Positions 36,995 to 50,400 of a stretch of DNA of 64,000 nt are shown in pieces. Source of the stretch: Marsupella aquatica (taxonomy: Eukaryota; Plantae; Marchantiophyta); assembly GCA_973895155.1 (NCBI GenBank), contig OZ316892.1, positions 7,733,251 through 7,797,250 of the forward strand, in the 5' to 3' direction. Position 1 is the stretch's first letter. Each line of letters opens with the position of its first letter. The translations under genes and the position numbers were made by a program. Below the pieces are notes generated by a model. It did not search any database. It was not told where the DNA came from and saw nothing but the letters and a program-made list of their open reading frames with translations.

Positions 36995-38407
36995 GCTCTG
37001 CACCGCGTCTCTCTTCTCTCTCTCTCAATCAATTTCTCAACCAGTTTCTCGATTAGGCCATGACTCTACGCTATGTTGCTATGTTTATGATTTGATCAAT
37101 TACCCAGCTTGTTGCTTTTTCCGTCCTAGAATCCCTTTCAATTCGTCTCATATCCATTCATTTCTCTTACTAGCATTGACTCCGGATTGTTTCTCTCGGA
37201 CATCACTCAGTTTGTTCATGATCTGATCAATTTTGCTGGTTTGATGGACTAAGTAATAGCTGGTGCATGATCCTGCCTCTGGATTCTTGGAGATTCGTGG
37301 ACTTCAAAATCCTCTAATGTCCATTACTGTGTTGTTACTTTTGGTTTCTCCCACAACCTACTTATAGAATGCTTCAAATCAATGTGTAGTTTGGTGTGGA
37401 GTGTTCAATATTGCTCTCCATCTTTCAGTCTACCGCTCTAGGGCAATAATCAACCAACTTTCCTAGTACCAAATGCAGAGTTGGTTAAGGTTATTTATCT
37501 TATGTTTTTACTTAATGAGAAGCAGAAAAGGTAACTAAAACGGTTATATGTGAAATAAAATCACATTATGTTTTATGGCATGGCGCCCTAAATTTACCCA
37601 AAACTTGTCACAAACGCAAACCTAACGAGTTATTTTAATTTGGAAACAAATATGCCCTGCAAATATGCTTTTGTTTGTAGCATGCCATGATGCTGCGGTG
37701 AGCTGTGGAGTATCAAATTTTGCAACGCACCCATAATAAAATATAACCCAATAAATATTAGAAACATTAAAGGATGAAATTTTTCTAGAATATAATAATT
37801 AACTAAAACTAATCCACCCTGTCTAATGCAAACTGAAATAAAAATACACACCAAGAATCTCAGTTAGACAAAACAACTTGAGTAGTTTCACAACAAGTCT
37901 ACACCAAAATTAGGAAAACGTAACCTGAATAGTGTCACTACCAAGGCGACACCTATCAAGACGAAGTAACCTTTGCCCCAAACACAAGGCAACATCACAA
38001 ATATACTTGGATTCCGAGTAGTGTAGTGTACCAAACAAGGTAAACGAAAATAAGACAAAGCAACCTGAGTAGTCCTCTAACAAGACAACGCCCACATATA
38101 TATTTTATTATGTCCCAGGCAAAGTAACACCAAAGATGAGTAATCTGAGGAATCCCCAAAGTAACAATAGAACACCATTCAAAATATACTTGGAAGCTCA
38201 CAATCCTGCTCTCACTCGTATGGACCACTATTCAAGCTGCATCCTCGTCAATCGCGCTTGCCTCGAAGTGCCCTTCCTAGACCATCAGCACTTGGTTACA
38301 GATTTAGTGTAGCTTGCACATAATTATCTCGAGCCCGATCTCGAGTCGTTCCCAGCTTCCAATGAAGGTTTCAAACTATCGAGGATTTGTCATACTCTTC
38401 AGTCCTA

Positions 38408-38965
38408 GCTTAGAATTTTACATATTGGGGGGGTCCGTTTCTCCCACGGACTGATTCTGGAGCTACATTATTGTTCGGCCAGCTTAGAATTTTACATATG
38501 GAGGGTCCGTATCTCCCATAGACGGATTCTGGAGCTACACTGTACGGCCACAGCTTAGAATTTTACATATGGGGTCCGTATCTCAAACAGACTGATTCTG
38601 GAGCTACACTGTTCGGCCACAACTTATGGAGGGTCCGTATACATCTCAGATTGACTGCTTCTGGAGCTACGCAGTTCGGCCACAGCTTAGAGTTTTATTA
38701 TATATGGAGGGTCCGTATCTCCCATAGACTGATTCCGGAGCTACGCAGTTCGGCCACAGCTTAGAATTTTACATAACGGGGTCCGTATCTCCAACACACG
38801 AAGTCTGGAACTCCACTGTTCGGTCTCAGATTAGAATTTTACATCTGCGGGGCCGGGTCCCGTATATCTCACAAACTAATTCTGGAGCTACATTGTTCGG
38901 TCTCAGATTAAAATTTTACATGTGTGGGTGGTCCATATCTTCCACGGCCTGATTCTGGAACTACA
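38408..38965. repeat. About 8 tandem units of about 70-75 bp immediately 3-prime of the terpene synthase stop
   Basis: The unit GCTTAGAATTTTACATATGGAGGGTCCGTATCTCCCATAGACTGATTCTGGAGCTACACTGTTCGGCCACA recurs at about 38408, 38482, 38553, 38621, 38685, 38759, 38830 and 38907. Confidence 0.9.
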
Positions 38966-39067
38966 GCAGGATTTCTGGCTATTTCAGATTCACCAAACGA
39001 TCAACCATCACGCGGAGCATGATGCACGGGCCGCCGTGAGAAAGGTTTGTTTCAGTGTGCTCAATTC

Positions 39068-42000
39068 CTAAGCGGTCACGGGTTGAAAGAGAATTTTCTT
39101 CAACGTTTTGGCCATTGCCGAGCGGTCAGTGTAGCCGTCTGTGTTCTGGTAGAACAGATGCACAATTCTCGACATGTTGAAATGGAGCTGCCTAATAGAT
39201 TTGGGGATGTGGGATTGTTGATGAACGACTCGCACCAGCTCGAGCATGGACCCTTCCACCTTGGCTCTGATGTCTGAGATCGCTTCGTCCTCCGTCCAAC
39301 TGGGGTTATCTCGCAACAAGATTGAGATGGAAGTTGCTTCGCTTTGGGACCTTTTTGCCTGCAAAAAGAGAGTCCGAAATCCATGTGATTAACCAAAATT
39401 TTATTCGGAAAAGCTTGGATTCATTAAAGGAATGCCTTTTGCAAGCCTAGTTTAAGAGGTAGTAAAACATATCGACCAAAATGATGGGCGGGCGGACGAC
39501 TCACTCTCCAGCCCTGGATGTCGTTAAGAAGTCGCCCAATATGATTCGTCAGATACATAAGTCGTAGCATCTGCGAATCGTCGGTAAATGCATCGCTAAT
39601 TGGTTCTCCCAAGAAGAAAACAGTGCCGAGGACGATGGGCTCAAGCCCAAAAGATGGTAGTGCATTGGTCATGTACTCGTCGTAGGACTGAGTGAACGAT
39701 GATGCTGTCCACTCTGCCTTCCACTCTCCCTCCGTCAAAGATGACTCTAGCCATCTCAACCACTGCAAATTAACCAGTTTCCTGAATGTCAGAATCATAA
39801 CACGAGGACCACAACTCACGAACTTCCTTCATGTACACATGATTAGCAGTGTATAATTGTTGTGATATGAAGGCGAGCTGCAAAGAGTTTGCACAGACGT
39901 GCTTCAAAACTTACAATCTTTTCCAGGTCTCGGCCAATGTCGCGGCCCTGCGTGAGTGTGCCTTCCTGGGTGATTGCATTGAAGGTATTGTAAAATCCGT
40001 TGAAAATAATTTGAGCTTCCTCAGCCGTCCCGTCCATCAGAGAAGGATTCCGTCTGCAATTAAAGATTATGTAAGCTCAGTTCTTCGATCGCAATCAGTG
40101 TTCTTGGCAGTCTTCAGTTTGAGAGGCTGACCATTCGATAGACATTCAGATGGGTAGGGAAGGACGGTATTACTCTTTAAAAGCAGCGACGAATTTGCGC
40201 TTGTCGGCTGGGTTACCTCCGAGATCAAAGTAATCATCCACAACGGTGATAATAACACAACTCCGTGCCCACACCAAGCGCGCCGGAGAAAGGTCCGGCC
40301 CCGGGAGCACGCAAGCAGCCGAGAAGACGCCTTCGATAGATTTCTGGCGCGCGAACGACAGCTTTCCAAACCCGCAATCCTCGCTCCACCTGTCATTGCA
40401 AAGGTTATTAAGCGATTAATGGGCATGTCGACGTACGTGATACAGGCCCAATTCATTGTACATACAAACCTCATTAAACAGGAATTTATAGTATAGCAAG
40501 TACAAACCAAGCTTTACTAACTTGGCTAATAGTTTCGTGTGTAAAGAACAACATAAGCCAAAGGTAAGCTTCATAGCCGGCGAAGCTCCAGGCATCGACG
40601 AACTTGGCGAGTCCAATCATGCGTCATTTTTCATTTTTGGCTGTCCACCTATTTTAAACGAAGAGAATTCTATGCCCCTCAAAACTCTGGACAAGGCTAC
40701 CTTGATACAATTCTGAATCGAAATGACGATACCTCGTGACGGTTTGCAAGTCCTCCTGATGCTTGGCCTGGCAGAGATTGAAGTCGGCTTTGGCGAGAGC
40801 CAGGAAGGTCTCGTTGGTTACATATGGCATTCTGCGAATAAGAAATTCGAAGATACTGATTACTTCAGAGAATGAAATAAACGATTTCATAAACGATTGC
40901 AGAAATTTTCCATTTGTTAACGTCAGCAGCTGACGAGGGATTCGAGTACGGTTTTATTTATCTGTGATGAACTGAACATTGCCCATTGCGTTGTCCAGCG
41001 TGGTCAAAATTCGCTTGCTGAGTACTGTGGGCCCGGGCTCCTTTCAATGTGTTGAATTGGGATAAACTAAGGTTGACCGTCTAGACATGATGTACTTTTC
41101 GCTAAAGTCATTTACCTGTACAGTGATTTTCCAATCCAGATGTCATTGGTCCCGTAGTGGCTTAAGTAAGCCTCAGTCTCCATCCGTGGCAGACTGCAAT
41201 ACCAAGGTGTTGACAAGGCGTACTCGACCTGCATTGGCAGACCCAAAGAAAGAAATGTCGATCAGATAAGTTTGAGCAGAAATGTCGGGTTTCAAATTGA
41301 AGAACCCAGGATCGGAAACATTGCTTGCATTGGACGTCAATGATCTTTGCACCACCAACCTCTCCAGGAAGGTCTTTGGTGATGATCCACTTGTCATTGA
41401 GGCACTCGTTCTTTTCATAGCTCTCTGCGAGAAAGCCCCGGGCAAAGTGCTCCCCAGTTTCTAGGAGGGTCTCACCAGGGAATCGTATCTGTGTTGCTCG
41501 GTAAAAGTTGAACAGACCCGTCACAGCTTGGCCCGACTGACCAGCGAAACAGAAGAACTCTGAATCTTTTCCTGTGAACTGCCGAAAGACGTCTGCAAGC
41601 ACGATGATCTAACAATTATTTTCAGCCAATTCAAAGAAATTAAGTAAATTAGGCCCTGGAGTCTAACTAAGGCTGATTTCTGCATGATTCTTGAATGAGA
41701 GCGATATAAAGGTTTGGTTGTCAAACTTCGTGAGATTTATAATTTCACAAATTTTAAGTGACTAAATAAATTAAGACGAGAGAACGGCCTGCCACCTTCC
41801 AGAAGGACTCACCCTCATTGACATCGTAACCATGTTGGCGAAGCAACCGAAAACCCATGGCTGTATCATCTAAATCCTGCACAGCCGATCCTCTTGCCCA
41901 CCCGATCCCGAAGCTCGTGAAGTATCTGCGAGGGAGCAAGACCAGGTTTCCAACCTTTGAGATTCCTTGCTGAATAAAATTTCCGGACGAAGAAAGCATA

Positions 42001-45000
42001 ATCTCTAGATATTCGTCCTCTGACTCAAGTGATCGAATGATACTGACAATGAACAGATTTGAAATCTAAGGTAAATACAAAACAGTTACAACAAGATTCT
42101 CAAATGACGTATTCTAGGGCTGTCTCAGGAGATATCCCTCTACAGTCAGATTATGGGATCTTGAAAAGATCATGTGTAATCTAAAGAAGAGTATAACGTT
42201 CGCAATATTTAAAAGATTCTCAAAATGGAGTTCTCTTGGGTGATGGTATAGATACTCGCTTGTAAACATAGTCGAGGGAGTCCTTAATTTCCTTCTCGAA
42301 ATAGCGATCGATTCCAAGTCTCTGAACTCGGTCGACGGCCCACATGTGCTCGAAGAGATCTACCGGATAGACGTTGGGCACAGCATTGTTGAAGCGATCG
42401 ACGAGTCTGTTGAGATAGCCCAGCGCCTTCTCGTCTTTGGTGTGAAGCAAGCATGCCGCAGTCGAAGCAGGGCTGCAGAGGAACGAGCCATCGTCACTTT
42501 GCAGCTTCAGAAGTTTCTCCCAGTCCAATTCCTCATGAAATCCTTCCAGAGAGTGGAGGAGAGTCGTTGGCACCTTGTGCAGAATATCCATGGGGATCCT
42601 GCATTCATGCGTAAGATTTCACGTAAGGCACTGACGAAATCTTTCCTCCAATTCTTCAGAGATCCCCTCTTGTGTGGAGCCCTACAGTGAATTTATTGAA
42701 ATGGCCGAGATGATTCGCAGACAAAAGCCAAGATAAAATTGAACCCGATCAAATTTTCATCATGATGATCGAGCAGAATCTCGGATTTCTACTATCACGT
42801 ACTTTGCCAGCTTCTTCTCTCTTTCAGCGGAGATTTTCGACATGATGGGGGCGTCGAAAGGAAGGTCCAGCTCAAGACCCTTCGCGTATGATATTAAAAC
42901 TGGGAAGACGATTTCGAAGCCGATCATCATGTGGGCATCGACCTCGTTCTCCATCGCTTGAAGATTTTTCTGGATAAATTCGACACCTGCAGGAACAAAC
43001 CATGAAGAATATATATGTGAAATGTGGCATATTGGTATCACGGACAGTACGTGACTATCCACGTAGGTAGAGAGGGTCACAGAATCCAATTCAATACCAC
43101 GCATGTTAAATGCGAAACCTCGGATCGTCGTGTCTCTGTACACCAGTCTCAGCGCAAGACTGGACATCAAAGAGTAGCCAAGCATTGCGATTCCAGAGAA
43201 AAAGGAGTCTGTACCCGAGTCTGTAGTGGTCTGAAGTACCTTTTTCTACAGCGACTGATCCGGTCTTCCAGGTCTTCAAAGCGATGATGCAAGCCAAGGT
43301 GTTACAGACGCGGTCATAGTATGAAAAGTACGCTCTGTCGCCCCAAGACCCATCTGCAAATTGGTTTTCAGTGATCCACTCTAAGGATTTGGGGAACTGC
43401 GGTCCGTCAGAGCCATCGAGAGCAGGCACGAGGGCAACCCACGCAGTGTCGTAGGGTGAAGTGGAGATTTCGCCATCCGTCATGGATCGGAACATCGCAC
43501 GTATCTCCTCAATCCATTGCTTCATGTCGTCTCCTTCCTTCCCCTAAAAGTTGGGGCATCATCCACAACATTTTCTCATCAGAGAGTAATTCAGAAAGGG
43601 CCGTGATGTCTATATTCTCTGTCGACCAAAAATCTAAAACCTCCTGTTGCTTAGTACTGAGACAAAAAAATCCTGAGAAATTGCGGAAGCCTTGAATTGC
43701 ACCTTTCGGTAAGAGCTCAACTATGAGATTATATGGCCAAGCAACCATTAATTTGCCGAGAGATCAATGAGATGCACCTTGTATATTTCTGGCTCCGTTT
43801 GAATGTTTCGTTCATTGGGAACTAGAAAACCTGGCACGTTCTGTTCGAAGCTTGTGACAGGCGCTGAATTATCAATCCATGATTTGCCACAGAAGCACAA
43901 CGTAAGTTCGTAGATACGACTGCATGGACCGACCTTAATTACATGACAGCTTTCAAGATTTACAATCTGCAATCTGGGTAGTCCCGGTCACTTATCTCAA
44001 TTTATGTATACCAGTTGAATGATAATTATACAAGATTTTGAACAAGGAGCAACTTCTCAAGTTTTTTTGTAGGAATCATGGGAGAGTCAGTTCAAGTTTC
44101 ATGGGAGCGTATGCTTCAAATTTGAGCAATCTTTGAATTCCAAGGGGTTGGGATCTTGGTTAGCCACCGGCTCCTCGGAATTCCTGTCTTCCCCTACAAA
44201 AGAGCTATGCGTGGGAGGCGTGGCCACTGGAGCTTGGATATTGTTGGGTATCGTGGCTGTGGGTGCCTGTGCTGGTCGTCTTTTCATCACCGTTGCACCG
44301 TTTATATTGTTCAGCTTTAGCAGCACAGTGAGCAAACCTTCCCACAGTCTTCGCGGTTGTGAATGAATAGCAGCGACCAGTTAGCAAGCACGATGATGCC
44401 GCACCCACTGTAGGGACATACTTACCCGTGATGGACTGAGCGGGGACTGCTTGAAGAGGAGGTACAGATGATGTCGGCGAAGATGCAAAGGGAGCCCTAG
44501 AAGCTTCACCTGAAAATTGTTACAATGCAAAAAGACAACGTCACTAATTAATACGAAAGGTCGACATTCATTTGTGATTATGTACAATGCGAAAACGACA
44601 ACGTGAACAGGCATCTAGCCGATCAATAGATTCCTCATGCGATGCAGGTTAACCTCAACGCTATAATTTGTCAGATTCTTTGGTTGAAAAATGCTGTTCC
44701 GAAAGTCTGACATCAAGTGACAAAATTGAAACCTGCGCAAAGCTGACTCTTTCTCGGCGGAACAGCGAGAGATTGTCTTAAGGATGCTGGAGAGCCCTCA
44801 ACGAGTTTTGCTAATTTGCACGGAACACAGGTAAGTGATTATGCAAGATGGTGGAGCTAAATCAACATAATGGATTCGAGGTGACCCGGCCCAGCTTAGT
44901 AGTGAGCTAGCCAGGAGAGACGAACGTACTTCACGGAACATCATTCCTGACAACATGGTCAATTTGCATGTAAATAGAAACCACCCTATTCACCAGCTGC

Positions 45001-45673
45001 TCCAGAAATGTCCAGAGATTTGCTAATCACGTCGATCAGCTGGAGCTCTGCGAGCTTTTTACAGTCGATCAGACAATTGACATAGACGTCGAGGTGATTC
45101 GACCCAGTCGTCAGCGAGGAAAGGAAACAATGGATTCGGTGGTTCGATCCAGCTATATATAAACTACCATGGTGAGATAGCAGATCGAGAAGTACAGCAA
45201 GGAACATCATTCATCCAGTTGGTCGATATGCATGCTCAGCAAGACGAGACCATCCTGTTCGGTGCCCATCTGTATCTGCCGAACGATGGCCTGGAGAGAA
45301 GTGCTCCAAGGAACATAATTCATTCAGCTTGATCAATCGATTTGCATCTGAAACCACCTCAGAAGGCAGCAGCTGCAGATCATTAGAATGATGGCAAGGA
45401 GGGGGTACAGATGGAAAAGTTCATTGAGTTACCTGCGGCACGCAACACCACTCCCTGAGACGAGCTGGAAAAGGCACGGCGGGAGACAGAAAGGACACTT
45501 GACTCGAAGGCCCGCAATTGCGAGTCATAATACGGCCTTTGTAACAAGCAGTTCCGTGCTGCCGTCCCCATCTGAAGATTCGTCCTCCCTTGCTCAATGT
45601 TGTCAATCGCAACAGTTACGGTCGAAGCTCGCGAAACCAGCGTCCTACTGCATGACGCCGCCGCTCCAACCAT
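39068..45673 (-). CDS. Bifunctional class II/class I diterpene synthase (ent-CPS/KS-like). Core exons 43543-43240, 42986-42803, 42598-42260, 41925-41813, 41592-41360, 41228-41116, 40831-40733, 40389-40174, 40053-39915, 39762-39505, 39358-39068; less certain N-terminal exons 45673-45433 (or 46177-45934), about 44509-44425, about 43863-43778
   Basis: Motifs [49 protein letters not shown], class [26 protein letters not shown], class I VVDDYFD, EPIV and RLLNDIQG. The core exons join in frame. Confidence 0.93.
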
Positions 45674-45933
45674 CCTTGAACAATAATATGAGTCAACGAA
45701 GTCGTACGGAGGACCTTCAGAAGAAGAAGAAAAAAGATTGAGCTCCGATGGTCCGTCCAAGAGATCCAGAACCTCGAAGTGAGTTCGTAAAATATCATGT
45801 CCGGAACGAATAGAAATCATTATAGAACTGCTAATGAATTTTACGAGGTGGAAATGCGTAGTTAGTTACTTGCAGCAGCAGCAATCATTCTAGAACTAAG
45901 AATCTTAAAAGGTGGACACGCTTAGTTAATTAC

Positions 45934-46177
45934 CTGCAGCAGCAGCAGCAGGCACCAACACGCCCTGAGACGAGTTGGAGAAGGTACGCCGGGAGACGGA
46001 TAGGACACTTGACTGCCGCAATCGAGGATTATAATACGGCATTTGTAACACGCAGCTCTGTGCCGTCGTTCCCATCAGAACATTCATCCTCCCTCGCTCC
46101 ACGTTGTCAATTGCATCAGTTACGGTCGAAGCTCTCGAAACCAGCGCCCGGCTGCATGCCAATACTGCTTCCACCAT
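45934..46177 (-). CDS. Duplicated copy of the transit-peptide-like first exon of the diterpene synthase
   Basis: [25 protein letters not shown]...SSQGVLVPAAAAA G|GTAATT parallels [25 protein letters not shown]...[11 protein letters not shown]|GTAACT at 45673-45433. Both frames are open and both donors are phase 1. Confidence 0.65.
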
Positions 46178-49100
46178 CCTCAAAACAATAGTACTGGCTC
46201 AACGACGAAAATAGTACATTCAGACGACGACGAAGGATGATTGAGCTCCTGCTGTGCAAGTGATCGACGACGATGTTCCGTGCAAGTCAGAAATCGAGAA
46301 CCTCGAAGTGAAAACCTCGAAGTGAAGTGTCCACTTTATTATTCGTCGCTAAATGCTCTCAAGGTAGGAAACATCTGGTGTGCACTAAAGGACGGTTTTC
46401 ACTGTGTGTGATAAGTGCAAACTTATACAACTCTAGAATTGTCCTGTGAGTGCGCTTATCGATATTAGTGCACTCACAGGAAAGTGCACTAATCTATTGG
46501 GGGTGCGCACTAGTTATGCACAAAGTGCAAACCTGTAAAATTGTGGACATGACAAGAGTTCACCAGGCTCCATCAGTGAGCAGCCCTGCTACTCACGGCC
46601 TAAATTGTACATCCCTAAATTTGGTGTCCTATTTTATAATTGTATCTTTTAATTTACTCAAAGAGAGTACACACTTATCAATGGATACTTATACTTGTTG
46701 AGGGTTTCACATTAAAGCGTTCCTTCCAGCAAAAATATTTCAGGCCTGTTGCACTTACAACAAGGTGCAAACTTGTGTAAGATGGAGAAGAAAAGGATGC
46801 CTTGCAGTTAGCCAAAGTTTGCACTCTCCAATAGCCAGAGTAGGCTTGATCCATCCATCGATTCATCAACAACTAGACAAAAGAAAGATCCATTGATAGA
46901 TTCATGGACACTGACCCACTGGCAAACCTCCCGGCTGCACCCAAACAGATTTTTTTCCTTATATATGCCTTGAATTGCACTCTGCCAGGAGAGCCTACCC
47001 ATAGGGAGTCGGGCCAGGGCGGCGGAAAGCACATATGTGCCAGGGTGCACATGTCTTCCATCAAAGGTCAGGGAACAACTAATAGAATCCAGCCTCTAGG
47101 GATCTTTCCTGCCCAGGAGCATTTTTGTGTTGGGATGAATTATAAAAAAAAAGCAAGATCCCTTATTATAATTGTAGATTATACAGTCTAAAGCCATTTT
47201 ATATAATATTAGCCTGGATGCCGGTGCATTAAACAAAAGATATTGACGCAAGATAAAGATGTGAGACAAAGATGTCAACACAAGACCAAAGAATGTAGGC
47301 AAGGTAAATAAATGTAGGTTAGGATCAGCAATTAGGCACGGTAAAGAAAATGCCTGGTCCAGGCATCGTCACTCCACGAGGAACTGAGAAAGGTTTTGAT
47401 TTTCCCCTTTTTCCTCTCCTTGCGCACTCCCTTTCTCTGCTGTTGATCTCGCTCCCTTGCACGTACCCATTGCCTCCCTCCCCACCCTTTTCTTCCCTCC
47501 AAGGTGATTTTTAAACAGAAAATTTGAAGAAAAATATTTAAATGTACCCAATGGAAAATGAAGATTACACTATAATAAATATCTCATACCAAAATAATGT
47601 ATTTCTTGTGTGGGGGCTACATGCCAAAAAGTATTCCATGTAAAGTACACATTCTGTGAGTTAATCTCTTGGGTGTTGTGACTACCTTTACTTACTTGTT
47701 GTAAAAATAAATATATTCATTAAAACTGAATTATTCAGTTTACTCACATTTCTACTTTTACATTTGGCTTTAAAAAATGTACATTTGGGCAAGCAAGAAA
47801 TGTCATGGCCATTAGATGTACCACTATGTTCATCTTTTGTAAATGAATTGGCTAGGACTAGAATCCTTCTCGTGAAGATCATTTTGGTCACCCTCAAGTT
47901 TACAATACATCATTTACGTGTAGCATATTGCACTATAGTGTACATTTCAGTGCTAGAAAGTGTATATTCAGTAGAGACCAAAAAGTATACATTTAGCCAG
48001 GCCTAAAAGTGACCCAGGAAAAAAACACTTTTAATGGATAGAGTGATAAAAAGCAAATATATCTCTTGGGAAGATTTGATTCAATCCAAAGGTGTGAAAA
48101 ACCTTGGAAAACATCTGACAATAATGTGGTGTTCCCTCATTTTTCAATTTTGTATCCAGACAAATTTTTGGGTGGGATAGCATATTTTGTGGGAACAATA
48201 TCAACTACCGTTTGCAAACACACTTTCTAGGGCCATTTTGGGTCCCTATCTGTTCAAATCAACTAAAGTTACACCTAAAACCTAATTTCTCACGTTAGTA
48301 GAATTGGAAGCTCAAGTTTAAAATGGGATGGGCACTACAACCTTTCCTCCTAGCAATTTTCTTTTTTGTGGATCTTAGCGTGCCGAGGCCCAGCATTTTA
48401 AATAAACTGGTATTGTTTTCTAAAAATCTTTTCTACTATTTTTAGTGGAAGCTAGAGTAGACACACAAGTTCAACATGGGATGGACACAAGAACTTTGGT
48501 CTTAAAGAGCCACTAGCCATGACAAAAACCTGGTTCCACATATTTCACCATTTTTAGTATTTTGTCCTGATATTTTGAAGCAAAGTCGCAAGGTAGAGGA
48601 GAAGAACGTGAAAAATGGAGAAGTCTTGGACACTTCTCCTTTTATATCCATTGGACTGTATCCATTGGTGGTTGGAAAGCCTTGCCATCTCTTTTGGTGG
48701 ATTGCATGGGCCCGGACCCAACATTTAAATAATCCTTGCAATGTATAACAAATTGCTAAATCACAAACAAACATAAAAACCAGGCGGTAGCATCCCTGCG
48801 CACTGTACCAACCTGGTTGCCTCTACAGTATAATATGTTACTTTCTTTGAGGGTGTATATGATTGATTCCAAGTTAGAGTATCATTATCATATAATATAA
48901 TAGAAGGTTGCGCCTTCTTAAAGCATGATCCTCTCTCGAATTTGCCATTTCCAATGGCCCAAAAATGAAAGAATCTAGCTCAAGAGAAAGAATAAAACCA
49001 AAAGAGTATTTACGTTAGTGTGAATGACAAGAAAATGTAGGGTTCGTAAGAGAGTCAAATAGCACAAAGTCAAAGAAAAAGGACATGGGGAAGGCTCCAA

Positions 49101-49488
49101 AAATGAAAGAATCTAGCCTGAGAGAAACAATAAAACAAAAAGTATATGTCATAGTGCCCAAGGGCAAAAAATGTCAAACCCGGAGACAAGATCCCAAAGG
49201 CAAAGAAACCCAATGAAGGGGAGGAAAAGAGGGGAAAGGCCCCCGAGAAAAAAGAAGCCAAGGGGTCCCTAACCCAAAAGCCAACGAAAATGTAACCTAT
49301 AAAGGAGCCGTGAAGGCTAACACGGGTCTCGGTAACTGCGCATCAAAATATGACATATACAATGTAAGACACCCTTGCATACCGTGATAATCCTAGTTTT
49401 TTCCTTTCAATCAATGAATTCAGCCACATTTTGATGTGTGATTACCAGCAGGGGGCTAACACCCTACTGAGCGGAGAACTGAACTGGC

Positions 49489-49785
49489 CTCGGGGGTTTC
49501 ACTTCCACAAAAATGGCATATCATATGCGATGAAAGATAGGGTCATTTTATTGGTTCTAAGGGAAGACTTAAGAATTTTTGTAGAAGAACAATAGGGTCT
49601 TTTAAATTCAATTTTGAGACTTATAAGAACATTAGGGTCTTTTTAATCCAAATTTTAGAATATTCCAAGAATATTCTAACTTTATAGGGGTTTAAAAATA
49701 ATATATTTTTCTTACATTTTAGGGGGTCCAAGGCCTAAAAACGTCGCAGGCGATGGGGAGGTCCCCATATAGTGAGACCCCCGAG
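49489..49785 (-). mobile_element. 297-bp MITE, same family as 36699-36994, opposite orientation
   Basis: Ends CTCGGGGGTTTCACT ... AGTGAGACCCCCGAG. Perfect TSD GAACTGGC at 49481-49488 and 49786-49793. Confidence 0.92.
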
Positions 49786-50046
49786 GAACTGGCAGGACAG
49801 CCAAGGACAGGAGTGGACGGGGGATGACGGAGGGGAGGAGGAGGGGGATAGAACTGGCGGCTTGCAGCCACACCATCGAGAAGACTCCATCCAGGACACA
49901 AGGCCAATAGAAGGAAAGGACAAAACAAAAGATTAAAACAACAGACAGGAGAAAACCACAAGGGGAGGAAAGAAAAAGCAAAGAACCTCAGACAAGAATA
50001 GTTGTGGCTGGGTGTGCGGCGCCGGGGGGGGGGGGGTGTTGGGTGA

Positions 50047-50400
50047 ATATATATATATGTGACCAAAACTTAGTGAGAAAGGGGGGTAAGGTTGTTTTAT
50101 TTAAATTAAAAACTACTTCAATTTGCCAAACTTTTATGGTTGTCAAAGCCTATATTTTGTGCAATGATATCTTTATTCAACTACATTGTGTGTGCAATGA
50201 TGTCTTTTAACAAAAAAAATAGTTTATTCAACAATATATTTTGCACCATGATATATTTCTCAACAACATCTTGTGTAACGATAATTTCAACTAAACAACA
50301 TCTTTTGTGTAACAACATTGATGATCTTAATGACACCTTCAATATAACAATATACTTTATGCTATGACATCTTTGGTGAACCGCACGGGGATTGAACTTG
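50047..50400 (+). mobile_element. Short Helitron-like non-autonomous element
   Basis: ACATCTTT-rich body and a 3-prime end CGCACGGGGATTGAACTTG|T, nearly identical to the end at 33981. Confidence 0.55.

Noticed and set aside
38408-38965. CRISPR-like or tRNA array
   Set aside because: Whole units are homologous with no unique spacers, and no cloverleaf or box A/B was evident.
44757-44950. CGGAAC words in the terpene synthase intron resembling the Sola palindrome
   Set aside because: These are half-sites only, without a proper GTTCCG arm, and are compatible with chance.
36699-49785. Composite transposon: two inverted MITEs flanking the terpene synthase
   Set aside because: Each MITE has its own distinct perfect TSD and the outer flanks (GCTCTGCA vs GAACTGGC) do not match, so they are independent insertions.
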